A program made the position numbers and the translations under genes. DNA of 63,028 nt, counting the filler, from Lenisia limosa (taxonomy: Eukaryota; Protista; Breviatea): the NCBI GenBank assembly GCA_001655205.1. It is 14 parts of 14 records of this genome, joined end to end, with 100 filler letters (N's around TTAATTAATTAA, not from the genome) between each part and the next. Parts side by side here need not be neighbours in the genome. Positions count along the whole stretch, not along the records: positions 24,416 to 31,412 come from LPNZ01009638.1; positions 31,513 to 35,505 come from LPNZ01007394.1; 12 more parts are not named here. The stretch is one strand, 5' to 3'. The notes beneath the pieces were generated by a model. It saw nothing but the letters and a program-made list of their open reading frames with translations. It was not told the DNA's origin and made no database searches. Every line of letters starts with the position of its first letter. The stretch's first letter is position 1. Positions 24,520 to 35,605 of this stretch are shown here, piece after piece.

Positions 24520-26170
24520 TAAGAAAATTGAAGGAAAGTGACGAAGATGGAAGAGGAAGTGCGCCCATTGTGAGACAACAGCTGAAGGACCTTGTTGAAT
24601 CTTCAAATTTAGACCGAAACCGTCAAATGGCTACCCAGGTATGCTTCATTTTTTGATATTCACCCAATTTTTAGCCTGAAAATTGTAGAACTTGGAATTT
24701 TGGAAATAGACTGATGCGATCAATACTATTTCACGTGGAACAGATGAAAACAGCGGACATCACAAAGAAAAACAAGGAAGCTGTTCGTCGTTATATAGTT
24801 GAAATAAAAAAAGAGGCCATTATTTTGAGAATCCTAAATATCTACCGAAATCTCACTATTTCCAGCAAAATCAGCATTTGATACCTCAATTGACTCGCTT
24901 TATACTACTTTCATCACCACTGCCAATCGGGAGCTTAGAATTAAGCCATCTTTTGAGACTGCTTTAAAAAAGGTTAGATCTATTTTTTTGCAATAATAAT
25001 CATCATATTTTCCGCTTTTAAACAAACCTTTGAATGCAGTTCAGGCAAATAAACTTATCAAACTATCTGTCGACCGTTTATCTGAGTCAGTTCCTGATTT
25101 CGTCATTGATAATAACAAGGTAACAAAGTTCGATAAAATTGCATTTATGTCTGGTAAATGGGAAGGTGTCAGGATAAACCCCTAGCGTCAGCAGTGTCCA
25201 TTTCTCTATGACAGGTCAAGTTGTCGGTTCCCCCATTGTCATCGGAGAAGATTACTGCCTCTCAAAGGCTGAAAATTGTGGGCCCGTAGTATTTAATCCC
25301 CCTGCTATTCCGCTATGGCCAAAACCTACAATTTTTCTCCAAGCAGTCCTATTCTTGCAATTGGGGACAACGCACGTATTCATGTGACCCCGGAGGTACG
25401 ATTGTATACTATTTTGACTTTTTTTAGGCAATTTGCACCGCTTTCTTGCGTGATGGTATCATTTTGGCANNNNNNNNNNNNNNNNNNNNNNNNNNNNNNN
25501 NNNNNNNNNNNNNNNNNNNNNNNNNNNNNNNNNNNNNNNNNNNNNNNNNNNNNNNNNNNNNNNNNNNNNNNNNNNNNNNNNNNNNNNNNNNNNNNNNNNN
25601 NNNNNNNNNNNNNNNNNNNNNNNNNNNNNNNNNNNNNNNNNNNNNNNNNNNNNNNNNNNNNNNNNNNNAACTTGTCAAAATTGAAAAGTTTCAAAAGAGT
25701 GCTGTTTATCGACTGTCAACTGATGATTATCCCAAGGTCACATACCCTTATTTACGAGCACTTTTCAATACTACAAACATGAATGCACCTACAGAAGCGC
25801 CAAATGTCTATTTGGCGGTGCCAGGCCTTCCAAAATTCATGGATAAGCCCTCTCTTTCTGAGTTTAGAAAATCAATCCAGTTACTAAAATCAGGAGAAGA
25901 CTTGGCACCTGATCAAGCAATTGGACTTCAAGCAAGAGCTGCGGTCAAAATGGATTCAAGGATTGAACATCTGAATGGAGAGGAACGATCTTATCTTGAA
26001 GGTGCAGCTGCAGGACTTGCTGTTTCTCTATTACGAAACCAATCTCAGATGGATAAACTCCCACTTCTGGCAAGGGCCCTAACCGATGAATACTTCAATG
26101 TAGTGGAAGATGCAATCAAGCACGTCTTTGAAATTGGGCCGGCTTCATATTTGGTATTGAAGCCGGTACG
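24520..26170 (+). CDS. Orphan multi-exon gene with one long (~165-175 codon) exon
   Basis: Exons ...PIVRQQLKDLVESSNLDRNRQMATQ and VQANKLIKLSVDRLSESVPDFVIDNNK, plus the stop-free 25670-26198 segment (...YLEGAAAGLAVSLLRNQ...). No family recognised. Confidence 0.4.
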
Positions 26171-27259
26171 TTTCTTTGTACTTGAGTGTGGTGAATAAGT
26201 AGCTGTGATTTGACCAGGACAGGTTGATTGATGTATTATATGAAAAATCATAGGTTCAGGTAATTGCAAGTGAAAGTGAGATCAAGGTGAATCGGGCAAG
26301 GAACAAATGTCAAAATCAAGGTGGAGTCTTGCGCCCAGATTTGTAATTGCCAAGATGAAGAAGAAACAAAAGGCAAAGACAAAGAAAAAGAAAGAGTAAT
26401 TTTTTTTCACAAATAGAGCATTGTATTATCCTTTCTTGTGATTTTGAAAAATAGCTATTTTGGTGAGCAACTAAGTATTAATAATTGAACAAATTTGGGA
26501 AACGAGAAGATATGTTTTACATGAATAGACAGAAAAAGAAAAAAGGGTACCATAGATCAAAACCGTTACAATTAATCATAACCGTCACAATTTATGTGCG
26601 GCAGCATATGTTACAAAGTTGGCATTGTTGGTCCGCTGAAACATGATTAGTAAAAGTTTGAGGGTATATGAAGGAAATTTGAAGTTTCGCCAATCAAGAC
26701 AATATTATATTTGTTACAAATACTGACCCATATCCACTAGTGATATGATCATATGACCGACTTACGAGTCGAAATGATAACGGAGATATCTTCACAAGTT
26801 TTACCTACCCTTTTGGAGGCAAAAATACTGTTCTACACCCAGGACAGGTACATTGTGTGTATTTATTTCATTTCCAAGATTATCGAAAGTACTGAGGAGC
26901 TCAAGCCTAACTGCAAGAGACCCTGCAATGACAACCAAGGAGGTATCCTTGTTTCGACTACCAACTTCATTACCAAGCTTATGAGCAGACAAAAGGAGAA
27001 AAAGAAACCCCAAAAGAAGAAAAGACGTTTATTTTAGAAAATCAATATAGTATATTCTTTTATTGTCTGTTACGGTTTACTTGGCACTTTTGTGCCAAAA
27101 TTACTTATTAACTACTGTTAACAACATTTATGAGGCAGAAAAAAACAATTTCAAATTTATTTCTCCAAAATTCAAAAGTGACGAAATATCTCAAACACGA
27201 CGGGGTTTTTGCGCACGTGCATATATATATATCATACTGTATTATGATTTTTGCAGTAC

Positions 27260-27308
27260 AGTCTCTTTTGAAACTAGGATCATAGAAATCCTAGTTTGAA
27301 TAGAGACT
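27260..27308. repeat. Short palindromic repeat (family F)
   Basis: AGTCTCTTTTGAAACTAGGAT-N7-ATCCTAGTTTGAATAGAGACT. Single arms at ~44862-44885, ~56691-56720 and ~58427-58455. Confidence 0.65.
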
Positions 27309-27329
27309 TATTATGAATACATATTATGT

Positions 27330-27860
27330 CAAGAGACTTCATCCTCCATTTGCAACAAAACTTCACAGTGAATGGGGACTCAACAGATCTCAAATATGAT
27401 GAGAGTATCCTTCCTCGTCAAGGTCGTGGACAGGTTGAGGCCGATGACACTTTCCGGAAAAGCAGGTTGTACACAACAGAGAGGGCTTTAAGAGNNNNNN
27501 NNNNGTTGAACAGCCTGGATATTTCGCAATACAATATCCTCATAACTCCAGTGTGGACTCGACAGGGAAGGTCCAGTTCCATCTTTCCGAGGCCATTGAC
27601 GACGACCATGCCACTCCTTTGGTGAGGGGGAGGCTAAATGCCAGGTATATCGCATTTCTTTGTGACTGCATTCGAAATAAGACAGCAATTTTTTAGTTGT
27701 GAAAGGAAGGATAATGGATAATTAGAAGGCTGTTCTGGAAGGACAAAAATACTCGTACTCATCTCCACCTTCCTGTTCTTTGGAAGAGGGAAATTTCTGT
27801 CTCACTCCTTCCAGATTCGCACAAAGAGCCTTGAAGGAGGTTTGTTGGGGACCCGAAAAG
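27330..27860 (+). CDS. Unidentified exon-like segments
   Basis: Open segments such as PGYFAIQYPHNSSVDSTGKVQFHLSEAIDDDHATPL (ending at a GTGAGG donor) and KAVLEGQKYSYSSPPSC. Frame assignment is uncertain. Confidence 0.25.
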
Positions 27861-28453
27861 TCGGGTGTTTAAAGCATTCTTATTAACTCTACAATGTATC
27901 CATGTTGAAAGTAAGACTCTTGTTGCATTTTTGCATCGAATGCTCCAATCTGGGCATTATACATACAATGTGATATTTTGTTATTTTCAAATCTTGGTGG
28001 GCTTCGTTCAGCCAACGTTTTAGGAGGGGAGGGGTGTCTCTCAAACCTTCTCCTTATTATCGATTTGGGTTTTTTTTTGTTTCATAAATTTTCCAATTTT
28101 ACCCCCNNNNNNNNNNGGGTGGAGGGAGTCTTAGGCACACTCACCACTTGTCACTGGCACCAGCTAAAACGCCCTCTAAAAGAAATATGTTCTGAACTAC
28201 TAAACTAAAGACAAATCCGGGTAAAAAAGGAACTGCAAAATTCCAGGGCATAAAAGAAGGTGAAATATATATATGAATAATATTATTAAAAATAAATACC
28301 TGGGGAGTCAAACCCTCAACTAGTATATTGAAAGTCCATTTTGATTTTCCGCGGCACGGCGCATGACCCCTGTGGAAAACAAAAAAACCTGAAACCTGAA
28401 AACGGAAACTTGAAAACTTGACGGAAACCAAACGGAAACTACTTGTTGTAATT

Positions 28454-31222
28454 ATGGATAAATCAATTGAAGAATTTGAAATGGCTGAAGATGATAATCA
28501 TGTATATCATTGTGTTTTATTAGGGTTCACTTTTGGGTTCAATTCTTTCTCAGCTTAGAATAGGAATGGATTTAACAAAGGTGGTACTTCCCACTTTCAT
28601 CCTTGAGCCGAAATCGTTTCTTGAAAAAATGGCAGATTTTATGGTCCATCCACAATTTTTATTACGGTTTTCTTGATTTAATGATACAGCGGAATGGCAA
28701 AGGATTGTAATTTGGATAGGTTTATTTCTGTTGTTCAGTGGTATTTATCAGCATTTCATATCCGGCCAAAAGTTATTTTCTATAGTTAATGAAGGGTGTG
28801 AAGAAACCCTACAATCCTATTTTAGGGGAACACTTCCATGCTTGGACTGACCATCAAGATGGTTCTACAACAGTGTTAACAGCAGAACAAGTATATTTTG
28901 TAGTTTAATACAGGTTTCTCACCATCCTCCCATTTCTTGTTTTCATTTTGAGAATAGGGAAGCAGGATTTGTGGTTGATGCTTTTATGGAACCAAAATCA
29001 AAATATCTTGGAAATTCAGCAGCCTCAATTCTTCATGGAAATGGAACGCTCTATGATATTAATCGAGGTCATGTAGGCACCTTTATGTTTTTCTTTTTCT
29101 GTTCTTCTTTCATCTCTTTTACTATATCAGGGTCTTTTGGTTCGCTAGTGGCACTCTAGTGGATTATTTTATTCTTTTCAGAATTAGTCTGAATAATTTT
29201 GCTTATTCTTGGGTTATTGCTTCTGCGGATTTTCATTAGTCGCTAAAATCATATTTTTTTCCGCAGATATTCATACATTCTTGGTTGACTTTTGTTGATG
29301 TTTTGACCAAGTACAATTTAAAGGTTCTTGGGTTATGTATGTCAGAGTTTTAATCATTAACTTTGCCACCTCCAACAACACATACACCTGAGCCCCAATG
29401 GAACTACTATTCTCTATATGAACGATCTTGCAATGGTGTTGGTGTTTTGATTGTGTATTTTTTTTTTTTGATTGTTTGTTAGATATGCAATAGTGTGTTG
29501 TTGTGGTTGTTGCAAGCCGCAAGGTATTTGATAACTCTAATTGTCATTTAGGGGCCACTGACACAGGGGGGGGGGGGCGNNNNNNNNNNNNNNNNNNNNN
29601 NNNNNNNNNNNNNNNNNNNNNNNNNNNNNNNNNNNNNNAATACAGACTGACGCTTAGCCAACCACCGGGACTGTGTTTATTGTATTTCTTTTGTATTTCC
29701 GTGGATGAAATCCCTCATCCATCAAGGAGTATTTCTGTGAGTTCTTGTTCTCTCATTGTGTTTCAACATCTATCCTTCTAAGAACCAGGGGTTGGGACGA
29801 TTTGTCCCGGTTAATTCACGTTATGTATTGATCAAATAATTTTTCTGTCTCATGTTTCCAAATTTAAGGTTCCATGTTTTTTGCAAAAAAAGAAGCAAAC
29901 GAGTTTCCTTGCAATTTCCCAAAAAAACATCACCTGTTAGAGAAGTAACGATTAAAATACAACCGAATTATTGATGGGATTAAATATTTTTAGATTGCTA
30001 CCCACAATAGGAATACATAATACCACATCCAAAGGAGAATAAATCAAAGCAGACTATGTCAAACTGCAAAAAGCTTGAAATGAACAATGTGACGACAAAC
30101 AAAAATAGGCGGCATATCCTCTGCAAAACGTATGCACTCGTGTGTCAAGGCCCCCAGGACGATAGTGGTGGCAGCAGTGTCTTTTCCATCTGCAACTGGT
30201 TGCAAGAAGTGGTTCAAGATATCTGCACTGACCAGCAGACGTGCCTTGTTCTGTTTGGCAACCTTGAATATAAGACGCAAAACAGACCTTTTGAGAAAGA
30301 GAAGACATTGTGTAATTTAAAAGCCTCACATACCTTCATTGGGGATTCTAAAATTTTAGGATGAGAAAGGAGCATGCCCAGAAGAACTTCAGTGATTCTC
30401 ATATTGAGTCAATAATATTCACTTGCTTCTTATTTGAATAACCAACAACAATAATGTGTGTGATTATCAACCCACTCCAAGCGAACACAGACATAAGTAT
30501 TCTGTTGAATTAAATAATAAAGAGGACAAATGAAGATGCTGCCACCGGTGATGAGTTCACTACTTTACGACGTTTTATCACAAAAACAACATATCATATG
30601 ATATTTTAGTACATGATATCATCTATCAAATATGATATAATATGATATATTTTGATGTTCCACTTTACAATATTGTCAAGTGCTATTATTATTGTGTTTT
30701 TTTGACCAAAACAGGAATATAAGTTTAACTTTCCAACTGCTTATGCAAGGGGGATTCTAGTTGGAAAATTAAATATGGAAATAGGTGAGAAAGTGAGAAT
30801 CGAATGCGTTGAAACTGAATTATGCATTGAGATAGATTTTAAGGTAAGTGATGTTTCTGTAATGTAGGTTAAAGGATTAATTTGGGGCGAAGCAAATGCC
30901 CTTGGAGGAAAATTAAAAAAAGGAACTCTGAAGTCAGGAATAACAACTCATAGATTAAAAGGACATTGGGACAAAAAGATTTATTTGGAGAATATTGAAA
31001 CAAAAGTTTGATGGTTTCTTGTTTTTCTCTAGGAAGTTGCTGAAATATTTGATGCCCAGACAGAACCTGTAGTTAAAATGACAATACCACATACTGTTGT
31101 TCAAGACGAATTTGAATCGAGGAGGTTTTTTTTATTATCTTCATTAACTTGATTGTGGAAAGAGGTTTCTCAAAGTCTGTGTGAACGGCCTCCAAACCAA
31201 AAACGAGCAACAAACGAAAAAG
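28454..31222 (+). CDS. Oxysterol-binding protein (ORP5/8-Osh6/7-like ORD), 3' end truncated
   Basis: Spliced product MDKSIEEF...[31 protein letters not shown]...[14 protein letters not shown]...[11 protein letters not shown]...KSKYLGNS...[17 protein letters not shown]...GHWDKKI...FESRRLWKEV. Contains the diagnostic EQVSHHPP and KPYNPILGE motifs. Confidence 0.93.
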
Positions 31223-31574
31223 TAGCATTTTTACCTTTTTTTTTTTTTTTGAANNNNNNNNNNNNNNNNNNNNNNNNNNNNNNCAGTTGTACACTAAATT
31301 AATGTTTATAACACAACTATATTATTATTGAAATCCATGATCTTGATTAAAACCGTGTTCAATAAAAGTAATAATAAAAACTTGAAAGCCCTTAATACAT
31401 ATCATATGCGGCNNNNNNNNNNNNNNNNNNNNNNNNNNNNNNNNNNNNNNNNNNNNTTAATTAATTAANNNNNNNNNNNNNNNNNNNNNNNNNNNNNNNN
31501 NNNNNNNNNNNNATATGATTGTAAACCCAAATCCATATGGCATGATTCAATTTGTAATTCGTATCTCACTTGTT

Positions 31575-33141
31575 GCGCGAGATCTCTGTTTGGAAGAACA
31601 ATAAGTGCGCGAATTCCTGGGGTAACTCTATTGCGAAGTGCCTAAAAGTGGGTGAGCCGAAGATTTCCGAAAAAAACAAAAAAAAATGTTTCTGACAGCC
31701 TCTTTAGACACAAACACATTCAGCTTTGTAAGAGCTCTAACTACAGCTTCACATCGGCCCAAAAAAAAAGAGGTTGAAAACTATCGATATTTCTCGGGTC
31801 TCATTCAACCAAAGAAGCCAAGCCACGCCTCTCCCCTGTCACCTCAAGAACGGGAAGCGTGAAGGCGAGGGTCTTACCCGAACCGGTGGGAGCAGATACC
31901 AACACGTCACGTGGGGCTGAGGACCGCGACTGCTCCAGGAATACTGACAGGGTGGCTGCTTGAATAGCAAACTAGGGAGTAAATAAAGGCAAAATAGGTT
32001 TTTATGAATGTACATGTAATATTAGATTATACAGCATAATATAGCATATCAAATTATTATATTTATGTATATATAGCTATGTAGGAGGGANNNNNNNNNN
32101 NNNNNNNNNNNNNNNNNNNNNNNNNNNNNNNNNNNNNNNNNNNNNNNNNNNNNNNNNNNNNNNNNNNNNNNNNNNNNNNNNNNNNNNNNNNNNNNNNNNN
32201 NNNNNNNNNNNNNNNNNNNNNNNNNNNNNGTACAAATGAAGTATGATGAGGATAACGCGATTGGAGGTAAAATAGTGAGACAGGGGGCAATCAAACACCA
32301 AATATTCATTCAGTACCACTTTTATCGAGAATAGGGTTTGAATAAAACAAACAAACAAAATAAAACAAGTCAAGACTGCAGAACTTTGAAGCAGCTATCA
32401 ACTGACACACAAGGTAACACAAGGAACAATGCCTATTGCCAACACGGTTGTATTCACGCTTATTGGCAACCCACCAAGTTCTTGATTCCATTAGAAGCCA
32501 GTTTCTTCTTCAACGAGCTGCAGAGCTGGGTGTCAATAACGGGGATCGAGGCGTCTTGATCGATAACCTGACCTGACCTCTGAAGCCTATATGTGATTAA
32601 TCCCTGCTTCAATAACATTTTAAATGATACTGTGTTTATATTAGATGACAGACCAGTCAGGAAGTGAGTTGAGGGCCTTGATCTCCTGTTCTCGTTGCTG
32701 CTCGGCCTCTTCCTGCTTCTTCTGCCTCTCTTCTTTGATGACTTCACGCTTTTCTTCCTTACTAAGCTGGCTAAAGTCCACCTCCACCTCTTCCTCGCTC
32801 TCTTCATCACTTTCAGCATGAACCTTCACCACTGACTCCACAGTGACTTCATCATCGAAGCTAAACTTTGAACCAACCCCAGGCTCAACAATCACATCAT
32901 CAGAAGGGGTCTTGTCAACAGATTTCTTCTTTGCCTTCCGCTTTTTTGGGACCTTATCCTCAACCAACTTGGCATGGGGAATATGGGAGGGCTTCTTTTG
33001 AACCTGACTTTGTACTTCAATAGCTCTCTTTTCCTTTGCTTTCTGTTTCTTCAACTTCCGACCCTCTGTGTCTGCCTTCCTTTCCTGTCGAAGACGGAGA
33101 ATTTCCGCTCTAGGGAGTTTAACATAATCATTTTCTCCCAT
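31575..33141 (-). CDS. DDX51: DEAD-box RNA helicase, DDX51/Dbp6-like, N-terminal half
   Basis: ATG at 33141 (MGENDY...) and a K/E-rich N-terminus ending ALNSLPDW. Then LKKKLASNGIKNL, RDVLVSAPTGSGKTLAFTLPVLE (motif I) and RALIVLPNRDLAQQ (motif Ia). Subfamily inferred from the LPDW/GI and RDVLVSAPTGSGKT context. Confidence 0.8.
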
Positions 33142-33334
33142 GATTTTGAAAAGAACATACCACAAATATTTTTTCAATAAATGGAGTTTGCACCCGGGGA
33201 GCACCCTGGTAGTTGTGTATAGGGGGTGCGGAAATAAAGTAGAGTGATAAACATCTTCTATTAGCGATATCTATGAGTGTATAGTTTCATCAAGAGTAAA
33301 TTGTAGGGATTAGAGTCTGAAATCGAACTAGTGC

Positions 33335-35505
33335 ATGACGACAGCGATGTTTCGCTCGCATTTCAATAGTTTTGCAGTATTTTGCACTCTGCTAACATTA
33401 TGTGCTACGATTAGTGCCTTTGCTCCACTTAGTGCTCCCATCAGGTTGGTTTCTCATTTGCACTGGCCACACTCATTTGTTTTTAGGGCGCGGTTTATGT
33501 TCTTTGGAGACGGTTAGTGGTTTTGAGCGTGTTATTGAATTCCAAAGAAGCAATTATGTCATGATTTTTCTGCTAATCGTACCGACATTCCTCCTAATTC
33601 AGGGCTTTTCTCACACCCTTCTAGGGTATAGTGATGGTGGATGGGAGTTTACCTTCAACAGAGCCAGGAACGAGATTGAAGCGCTTCGTCCTGACGATAT
33701 TCACACTGTAAGAATTTTTCCAACTCTAATTCTGTTTGAGGCTTCTATGCAAGCCTATTTCTTGGCAAAATGTAACAATATGGCTTGTAGATGCTTCATA
33801 TTTCTTGATTTCTGCTGTTAAAATACTTTATTATTTGGAATGTTGCTGGCTACAAGGGTGATCCCTAATTGCCAGCTGTCGCTGGCGAAATCGGACCGAC
33901 ACCCCAAATACCCTTTTTTCCGACTGTTGTTTCTCATGTGAATATTTTGGTATCTTCTTTCATTTTTCTTTCTCTGAGTTCTGAGTAAGTAAATCAATAA
34001 CATCAGCATAAGCGAGTTTTTTGAAACAATGATTGTGCCCCCCTTTATCCCCATCCCCCTTAATAAACAATAAAGAATAGCAGCTTCAACACCTTCCCCC
34101 CACTTCTTATACTGCCTAGTTCACATCGCGCTACAATGTTCCGGGCGTCTTGGTGCAGAGTGAAATGTGGCGTACGTACAATGACACGGACCTCTTCGTG
34201 TTCGATGGACTTGAGTTCCTTGATGATGTCAAGGTGGGGTTGTTGATAATGTCAAGGTGGGGTTGTAGGTTATGATGGTGGGTGATGATGTACACATATA
34301 CATGTATATATTACAGTGACAGGATACGTCTTGACCGATTTGCTCTATGAATTCGCTTGAAAAATCAGTCAAGACTTATCCCCGTCACTGTATATGCTCT
34401 TGTGCTATGTGTTGTTATCAAGGCGGGTGATGGTGGGAACGTTTTGTGTGTTTTGGGCTTGGTTTAGTTGTGATGTTGATGCTATTAGGATTGATATATT
34501 ATTGTAGTCAATATCTGGCATAAACGTGATGTTGTCAGCTATACTGCTTCTTTTTTTCTCGTTTCCATATATCTCCATGGTGAGTGGAGTTGTTAATAGT
34601 ATTGTGATTGAAGAGAATCATGTTGTTGCCCTTCGATATTGATTTCTGATGTTTGATGTTTTATTATTTTGTGGGACCACACCATCTCTAAATGACCAAT
34701 GCCCCTCCCCNNNNNNNNNNNNNNNNNNNNNNNNNNNNNNNNNNNNNNNNNNNNNNNNNNNNNNNNNNNNNNNNNNNNNNNNNNNNNNNNNNNNNNNNNT
34801 ACACACCGACGTCGGCATTCCCAACATTGTCGGGTTTAATACCTTCGTGCACAAGCCTAGGTACCTCAACGGAATCGTGGGGAGGGGGGGTGATAAGATA
34901 GAGGAATGGTGATAAGAGTGGGTAATTACACGATTATTGATCTTGTAAGAAGATTGTTGTTGAGGGGTGAAAGAACTGTTTGTGTGTGTGAATCCCCAGC
35001 TTGCCATAATCTTATCATGCCTTAGCTTGTCATAATCTTATCATCCCCTAGCTTGCCGGCCATATGACAACGTCCAAGTCCATTTGCTACCTCGCAACTT
35101 TTGAGTGGGCGGGGATGGTTATCTAGGGCTTCCCTATGGTCCCAAAAAAGACTGAATATCTCGATAAATCCTCGATAAACATCAATATTTAAACGATTTT
35201 TGTTGGGCCGTGAGGGAAGCCCTTAGTATACTGGGATTTAAGGGGAAATGTAATATGAATATGGTGGCTTCATCTCGACCCGAGACAAGACTGAATTTTG
35301 CAATGAACTCCAGAATGATATCACTATGTCACCGAATTTTTTGGACTGGGGTAAACAATGGTTTCACAATCCTATGTACATTTTTTGGGGATTTTAATGA
35401 GTGCAGTTGGCCGCTTTTGATCACCTCGCTCAACTCCTTTGCCCTTGGAGTTAATTCCGTGGACCCGAAGTGAGAAGGGCAATATCGTGCGTCTTCATTA
35501 ATCCC
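33335..35505 (+). CDS. Signal-peptide protein with a BMP/PnrA-type (basic membrane lipoprotein) substrate-binding domain, 3' truncated
   Basis: MTTAMFRSHFNSFAVFCTLLTLCATISA (signal peptide), then RLGFSHTLLGYSDGGWEFTFNRAR, PNIVGFNTFVHKPRYLNGIVG and SLNSFALGVNSVDP. These match the BMP motifs DxGW, RYLxG and NAFxLGxxSVNP. GT-AG introns present. Confidence 0.7.
34314..34390. mobile_element. Tc1/mariner-like MITE (77 bp)
   Basis: TA|CAGTGACAGGATACGTCTTGACC...AGTCAAGACTTATCCCCGTCACTG|TA. Confidence 0.85.
35126..35222. mobile_element. MITE family A copy
   Basis: TA|GGGCTTCCCTATGGTCCCAAAAAAGACTGAA...GGGCCGTGAGGGAAGCCC. Confidence 0.85.
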
Positions 35506-35605
35506 NNNNNNNNNNNNNNNNNNNNNNNNNNNNNNNNNNNNNNNNNNNNTTAATTAATTAANNNNNNNNNNNNNNNNNNNNNNNNNNNNNNNNNNNNNNN
35601 NNNNN

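Noticed and set aside
2384-26775. Apparent protein similarity YDRLSSRND (end of ORF 2384-2956) versus YDRLTSRND (~26752)
   Set aside because: Both are translations of the non-coding repeat family D, not homologous proteins.
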